Positions 59,055-64,000 of a stretch of DNA of 64,000 nt are shown in pieces. Every line of letters starts with the position of its first letter. The first letter of the stretch is position 1. The stretch is from Bdellovibrio sp. (GTDB lineage Bacteria > Bdellovibrionota > Bdellovibrionia > Bdellovibrionales > Bdellovibrionaceae). Under the pieces are notes generated by a model. The model saw nothing but the letters and a program-made list of their open reading frames with translations. It did not search any database and was not told where the DNA came from. The stretch covers positions 448,001-512,000 of the forward strand of contig JAKFBS010000004.1 of NCBI GenBank assembly GCA_036677065.1, written 5' to 3'. The translations under genes and the position numbers were made by a program.

Positions 59055-60374
59055 ATGACATCAAATAATTCTGAACAATTAGTGCGTCGTATTACACTCA
59101 TTTCTCTGATTTTTTACGGCATCGGAGACATTTTAGGCGCCGGAATTTATGGTCTCGTCGGAAAAGCCGCAGGCATTATGGGAAATGGTGTGTGGTTAGC
59201 ATTTTTAATCAGTGCGGCGGCCGCGATTTTTACCGGATTAACTTACGCATCCCTTGGTTCACGTTATCCGCGCGCGGCGGGCATTGCTTATATTCTTAAA
59301 AAATCTTTTGGTTCAAATTTTTTAGCCTACGTTTTTGGAATCGTGGTTTTATGTTCAGGTCTAGTTTCGATGGCCACAGCAAGCCGCGCCTTTTCTGGAT
59401 ACCTATCAGGAATGCTGCCATTTCTTTCGCTGAATATGGGGATTTTAGTTTTTATGGCACTGTTAACTTTAATTGTGCTTAAAGGGATTAAAGAATCCAT
59501 GTGGGCCAATATTGTTTGTACGGTCATTGAGCTTTCAGGTTTATTGCTGGTGATCGTAGTTGGTATTTCTTTTATCGGTGATGTTTCGCTTATGGATTTT
59601 ACTTCTGAAAAAAATCCGACACCGCAATTGCAAATGCCCTTGATGTTAACTGGAGCTATTTTAACTTTTTATTCTTTCATGGGTTTTGAAGATATTATGA
59701 ATGTGGCTGAAGAAGTTGAAAATCCGCAGCGTAATTTGCCGATCGGGATCATTGTCGCAGTTCTTGTATCCTCTGTAATATATATGCTTATTAGCATTAT
59801 CGCCGTCTCTGTGATTCCGTCGCATGAGCTGGCAAAAAGCACGCAACCGCTGGTCGATGTGGTCGCCAAAGCAGCGCCTTGGTTTCCAACTAAGTTATTT
59901 AGTATTATTTCAATGTTTGCCATTGCTAATACGGCTTTACTTAATTTTATTATGGGCTCACGTTTAGTTTACGGCATGTCGCGCGAAAAACTTTTACCCA
60001 AAGTACTGGGTTATGTATCAGCAAAAACCCATACTCCGGTTACAGCGATTTTTGTGTGTATTTTTATTGTGTTATTTATGGCATTCACCGGTGAAATTGC
60101 GATTCTTGCTAAATCTTCAAGCCTATTGTTATTAACCGGTTTTTTTATGATGAATATCAGTTTGATTATTCTTAAAAAAAGAAAGCCAGAAGAAAAAGGC
60201 CGTTTTGAAATTCCGTATTTTATACCTGTGCTTGGAGCAGTTTTAGCTATTACACTTATTTTTTCTGCAACCTTTGAAGAAGCGAAGCGGGCCATGGGCG
60301 TGTTTGCGGTATCTTGTATTTTATATTTCGTTATTAGGCCTAAGGCTGAAGCCATTGATAAAATGCAGGGCTAG
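59055..60374 (+). CDS. APC family amino-acid permease
   Basis: G.ILGAGIY, FYSFMGFE, EE..NP.R..P, SRLVYGMSR. Confidence 0.93.
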   Translation: MTSNNSEQLVRRITLISLIFYGIGDILGAGIYGLVGKAAGIMGNGVWLAFLISAAAAIFTGLTYASLGSRYPRAAGIAYILKKSFGSNFLAYVFGIVVLCSGLVSMATASRAFSGYLSGMLPFLSLNMGILVFMALLTLIVLKGIKESMWANIVCTVIELSGLLLVIVVGISFIGDVSLMDFTSEKNPTPQLQMPLMLTGAILTFYSFMGFEDIMNVAEEVENPQRNLPIGIIVAVLVSSVIYMLISIIAVSVIPSHELAKSTQPLVDVVAKAAPWFPTKLFSIISMFAIANTALLNFIMGSRLVYGMSREKLLPKVLGYVSAKTHTPVTAIFVCIFIVLFMAFTGEIAILAKSSSLLLLTGFFMMNISLIILKKRKPEEKGRFEIPYFIPVLGAVLAITLIFSATFEEAKRAMGVFAVSCILYFVIRPKAEAIDKMQG

Positions 60375-60402
60375 CCAAGCTGGCCGCACCTAGCAAGCCG
60401 CA

Positions 60403-60750
60403 CTAGTTACAGATAAATTCAACAAAGTTATACATCGTGGTGCGCGGGCCTGCACCACCCACCATGATCGCACTATGGCCAACGCCAAAGCCTGTGGCTA
60501 CTCCTGCAGACGAATTACTTTCATCACGTGCCTGATACTCTTTGGTGATGGTGTAATCGCCGCCACAGAAATTTGTGGCTTTGTTTTTTAAATCTTGGCG
60601 GTATTTGGCTTCGTGTTCTGGCTTATCGGTCGGGTAATAGCGAACCACCGCTTGTTTTTGCGGACTTGTATCGCGGCGAACAAATTCAACCGTGTGCGAA
60701 CAGCCGCAAAGAATTAAAAGCGCTGGGGTGATAAGACTTAAACTTTTCAT
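60403..60750 (-). CDS. Small lipoprotein
   Basis: LCGC lipobox, FCGG, terminal F.C. Confidence 0.75.
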   Translation of the reverse strand: MKSLSLITPALLILCGCSHTVEFVRRDTSPQKQAVVRYYPTDKPEHEAKYRQDLKNKATNFCGGDYTITKEYQARDESNSSAGVATGFGVGHSAIMVGGAGPRTTMYNFVEFICN

Positions 60751-60919
60751 ACTAAAAGATCGAGCAAGATATATTCCAAGCCTGGTTTACCTATTTTGCC
60801 CCGTGGTTATCCAATTGTAACTTGGGAAACCAGAAACTCACGTCATTGGCTTAAGTCGGAAGGTTTTGTGGGCGATAACTAAGTACATTTTAATACGTAT
60901 TCACGATACGTTCACACCT

Positions 60920-60957
60920 AATGGGCTGGACCTTTAAAAGTTCAGCCCATTTTTTTT
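60920..60957 (+). terminator. Rho-independent terminator, plus-strand polarity
   Basis: AATGGGCTGGAC...GTTCAGCCCAT followed by T7. Confidence 0.85.
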
Positions 60958-61610
60958 ATAGATAATCAAAAAAATATTTTTTTAGCTTGGTTTGTATTGC
61001 TGACAAACGCATCTTGCATTCAATATTTGCAGGAATATGCATAGGGCTGAAAAATAAATCTTCTACTTCGATAAGCTGTAAACTCTGCTGAGAGTTGTTA
61101 TCGCCCTGATCAAGAAATTGCACAAGAGTGTGTGCGCCTAGTTTAATATTTAGCTCGGTGCCACTACAGATGGCATCAGTGATGGCCTTATGATTCTGGT
61201 CTGGATTCATTAAATTCATTTTCTCTGTAATGTAGAACCGTTCAGTAGCAGGTCTCTTAGGATCTGAAATGAGCATAAAAGGATTTATCACGCTGGTAAT
61301 TTCATGTATCTGAGTTTCAGTAATGTAGTGATAGGCAACGGGGTATTTAATTTCTGAAGGAAATAACGGATGTAATCTTTTGGAAAACGTTTCTTTGGTT
61401 TCTTTGGCCAATAACTTAGAAAAAATAAAGCCGTTCAATGAGCGGGCTTTGTAAACCGATTTGCTGCCATTCAGGGGTTCGATCAATGTATAAAGGGCTT
61501 CGTGAAACAGTAGGGCCACTTTTTGAATGTCACTTAGTTCAGTCCAGTAAATCTGGTCGATTAAAACAACTTCGTTGGTACGAATGGCCATTTGAAGTAA
61601 TTCGCCGCTA
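60956..61610 (-). pseudogene. 5'-truncated gene of a Bdellovibrionota secreted-protein type (Q.AI...ID...W..L...K.AL..HEA.Y)
   Basis: The family-like motif starts abruptly near 61600; the upstream part of the ORF is the antisense of a plus-strand coiled-coil fragment. Confidence 0.55.
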
Positions 61611-61748
61611 ACGGCAGATAATGCGGCTGTAGAGGCTCTAAAAATTGAAAATGCGGTTAAAGACCAAGAGATTAAAAATCTTAAACAAGAAAACGAAGCT
61701 ATTAAGGTTCGCCTTGAAAAAATCGAAAAAGCTCTCAACTCAAAATAA
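61596..61748 (+). pseudogene. 3' remnant of a trimeric fibre (S74-chaperone-type) gene
   Basis: Start-less frame ...ADNAAVEALKIENAVKDQEIKNLKQENEAIKVRLEKIEKALNSK*, preceded by in-frame TGA at 61593. Confidence 0.6.
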
Positions 61749-61793
61749 CGAGCGTGTCTTTACAACGTCACCTTAAGCCGATAGGCTTAAGGT

Positions 61794-62675
61794 ATGAAAA
61801 CTTTAATTTCTTTAATCCTCGCGATTTCTTTTTATACAACTTCAGCATTTGCGTGTTTACACTTTTCAAATACTTATCAAAGTCGCATGCAAGAAGGTTT
61901 GCAAGAAATATTCATGTTTCATGATGGCACCAACGCTCACATGGTTGTGAGTACACATTTAGAATCTAAGAAATTTCCTACTGAAGTCGCCTGGGTATTG
62001 CCGTTTCCAAGTTTACCGAAAAAATATGAAGAAATTAAAGGGATTTTTTTTGAAGAAGTGAAGGGGTTATTTCCTTCTGTTAATGTGCAAAAAGGTTTTG
62101 GCGAGGGTCTTGGTAAAGGCAGGGCTACTGGTCGCGGCACCGGAATTAAAGTTCACGAAACCGTTGTCTTAGACAGTTATCAAATTCAACCTATTGAAAT
62201 TTTAGAAGAAGGTTCTGGTAACGAATTTAATGTTTGGTTAAAGAAAAATAAATTTAACCCGATGCCTCTTGAAAACCAAAAATACTATCTAAAAAAAGGT
62301 GCTGTGTTTTTAGCAATTCGCATGAATTTAAATAAGCCAGCAACTGAAAATCTGATTTCTAAACCGCTACATATTGTTTACGAATCAGATAAATTATCAG
62401 CACCGATGAAATTCACTCATGACACCAGAGAATTTGATTTGGATTTGTATGTGTTCAGTAAAAAAGAATTAACTAAAGATTTAACAAAAATGTATCTTAA
62501 ACAAAATGGCAGTGCGGCTTATGAAAATAAACGTAACACCCCATTTTTAGATGCTCTTCTTGGTAAAAACAAAGGCTTTATCACGCGCTATTCAGGTCAC
62601 GGTTTAAATAAAAAGGGCCAGCTGGTTAAAGAGCTGACCCATGATCCTGAGTTTATAAAATCAGAGCTGTTTTAA
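61794..62675 (+). CDS. DUF2330-like secreted protein
   Basis: AFAC signal, AWVLPFPS.P, V...Y.I, ..WL..N.F, YY..KG..FLA. Confidence 0.8.
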   Translation: MKTLISLILAISFYTTSAFACLHFSNTYQSRMQEGLQEIFMFHDGTNAHMVVSTHLESKKFPTEVAWVLPFPSLPKKYEEIKGIFFEEVKGLFPSVNVQKGFGEGLGKGRATGRGTGIKVHETVVLDSYQIQPIEILEEGSGNEFNVWLKKNKFNPMPLENQKYYLKKGAVFLAIRMNLNKPATENLISKPLHIVYESDKLSAPMKFTHDTREFDLDLYVFSKKELTKDLTKMYLKQNGSAAYENKRNTPFLDALLGKNKGFITRYSGHGLNKKGQLVKELTHDPEFIKSELF

Positions 62676-62695
62676 CAGCTAAACTAGTAGTTAAA

Positions 62696-63670
62696 TTAGT
62701 CTTGAACGCAGTAGTATGAATAGCCTTCTTCTGGATTATTCACTTCTGATTTGTTACGAATTGGCGTTGGGTTACGTAAATGCGGAGCATAGACGTAATC
62801 ATTAGCTAAAGCCCAGATCGCATCGTTAATACTAACGCCGCCATTCCAGTCGCCATAAGCATCGATCATCTCAAGTTCTGTTCCTGTTGGTAGACGGCCG
62901 CCTAAAGTATCACACGCGCGCTCTGCATTTTTAGGTGAAAATGTTCTTTCAACAGAACCGTTCATCGCGCCTAAAAGAGTTAAAGATTTTTTGCCAATTT
63001 TTAAAGTCGACGGAAATTTCGTGCGTTGAAAATCTTCAAACATACGTGAAGCAATTTGACTCATCACTGTAGCTGGCTGGCCATGGCCGATGTAAGAAGT
63101 CTCTGCGCCATCACGGCCAATCATATGTAAAGTCACTTGAATATCACCTTGGCAATTAGGTGCTAAGGCATAAGTTCCGTAAGCGATATAATCTAATTTA
63201 TCAACTAAGCTTTGATCCAAATAACCATCACGTTGGCCGTTAGCTGCGGCACGCACCACGCTTAAAACATCATTTACACGGGTAAAACTTAAACGTTGAA
63301 CGCGCGGGCGAAGATTGCGGTAGTAATCGCTCACATAAGATTTCAAAGTCGATTCTAAAGTGACTTCCATATATTTGTATTGATTAGCGGCTGCAATATT
63401 TTGATCGTAAAGATTATTAAAACCTACAAGCATGGGTAAAACTTCTTTACCTTTTGCGCCAGCACCCATTAAGTCTTTTGCAAGGCCTGTCATTTTATCC
63501 ATGTAGCCAGAACGAGTCGTGCTGTAAGCATCTTTGTAAACACAAAGATCTGCGCCGCGAATAAATGGAATCGTTGGCCAAACGCCAACTTGTTCTTTGG
63601 TTTCAGCGGCAACGCCTGAAATCGTTGTGAATGAAAGGGCGAAAGTTAAAGCTAGCGATAGTTTTTTCAT
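62696..63670 (-). CDS. Secreted hypothetical protein with a C-terminal C-type-lectin/DUF1566-like domain
   Basis: Signal peptide; A..AC..LGGRLPT..EL motif; terminal YYCV. Confidence 0.7.
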   Translation of the reverse strand: MKKLSLALTFALSFTTISGVAAETKEQVGVWPTIPFIRGADLCVYKDAYSTTRSGYMDKMTGLAKDLMGAGAKGKEVLPMLVGFNNLYDQNIAAANQYKYMEVTLESTLKSYVSDYYRNLRPRVQRLSFTRVNDVLSVVRAAANGQRDGYLDQSLVDKLDYIAYGTYALAPNCQGDIQVTLHMIGRDGAETSYIGHGQPATVMSQIASRMFEDFQRTKFPSTLKIGKKSLTLLGAMNGSVERTFSPKNAERACDTLGGRLPTGTELEMIDAYGDWNGGVSINDAIWALANDYVYAPHLRNPTPIRNKSEVNNPEEGYSYYCVQD

Positions 63671-63837
63671 GAATCCTCTTACTGCAATTTTGGTTACTTA
63701 TAAGCTGGATTTTATTAGGACTACAAGTGGAATTACTGTTAAAGATTTAACAACCTGCCGAATAAGGGCCGTGAATCTTAACAAATCTTAAAATAAGGCA
63801 TTGTTTTGTAGTTAGAGTCAAAATAACCTGTTTGGGT

Positions 63838-64000
63838 ATGTCACAAAAAAAACATCTGAAATTTGATCCCGTACTTGAAGTAGCCAAACCTTATCCGGGT
63901 GATAGCCAAGGGGCATTTTTACTAGCTTCGTCGCAGCTAGAAATGGTTTTGTTAAAAACTTCAGCGCACCATGAGCTCAATGCCGAAGTCTGGTTTAGTT
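63838..64000 (+). CDS. Partial CDS (5' end), unknown function
   Basis: MSQKKHLKFDPVLEVAKPYPGDS... is open to the window edge; TTGTTT-N17-TAACCT promoter just upstream. Confidence 0.6.
   Translation, partial: MSQKKHLKFDPVLEVAKPYPGDSQGAFLLASSQLEMVLLKTSAHHELNAEVWFS

Overview
A 64-kb, gene-dense, AT-rich bacterial chromosome segment. Gene content points to a predatory Bdellovibrionota (Bdellovibrio/Pseudobdellovibrio-like); this is inferred from a TIGR02147-like gene, the clpA-clpS-pilA-pilG-dnaJ-dnaK run, many sigma28-like promoters and many secreted hydrolases. The first 26.5 kb is mostly core genes: mutS2, lnt, subtilase, Slt, clpAS, a type IV pilin, dnaJK, purK, dus, a B12 radical SAM enzyme, an H1-like/SWIB protein, map, ahcY, orn and tRNA-Asp. 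After the tRNA comes a patchwork of accessory genes. It includes a complete chaperone-usher pilus locus with a convergent major pilin and an unusual mini-pilin, and a four-gene secreted glycan-processing operon (DUF2334 deacetylase, unknown protein, GH113-like hydrolase, lectin-like protein) with no synthase. It also holds an RluA-methyltransferase fusion, a Cys-repeat secreted protein, and a deletion scar that fuses gene remnants. About a dozen genes have a sigma70 or sigma28 -10 box 6-8 nt before the ATG and mostly no Shine-Dalgarno, which suggests widespread leaderless transcription. No integrase, transposase, CRISPR array or rRNA was seen. All family calls come from motif recognition by eye, not from database searches.
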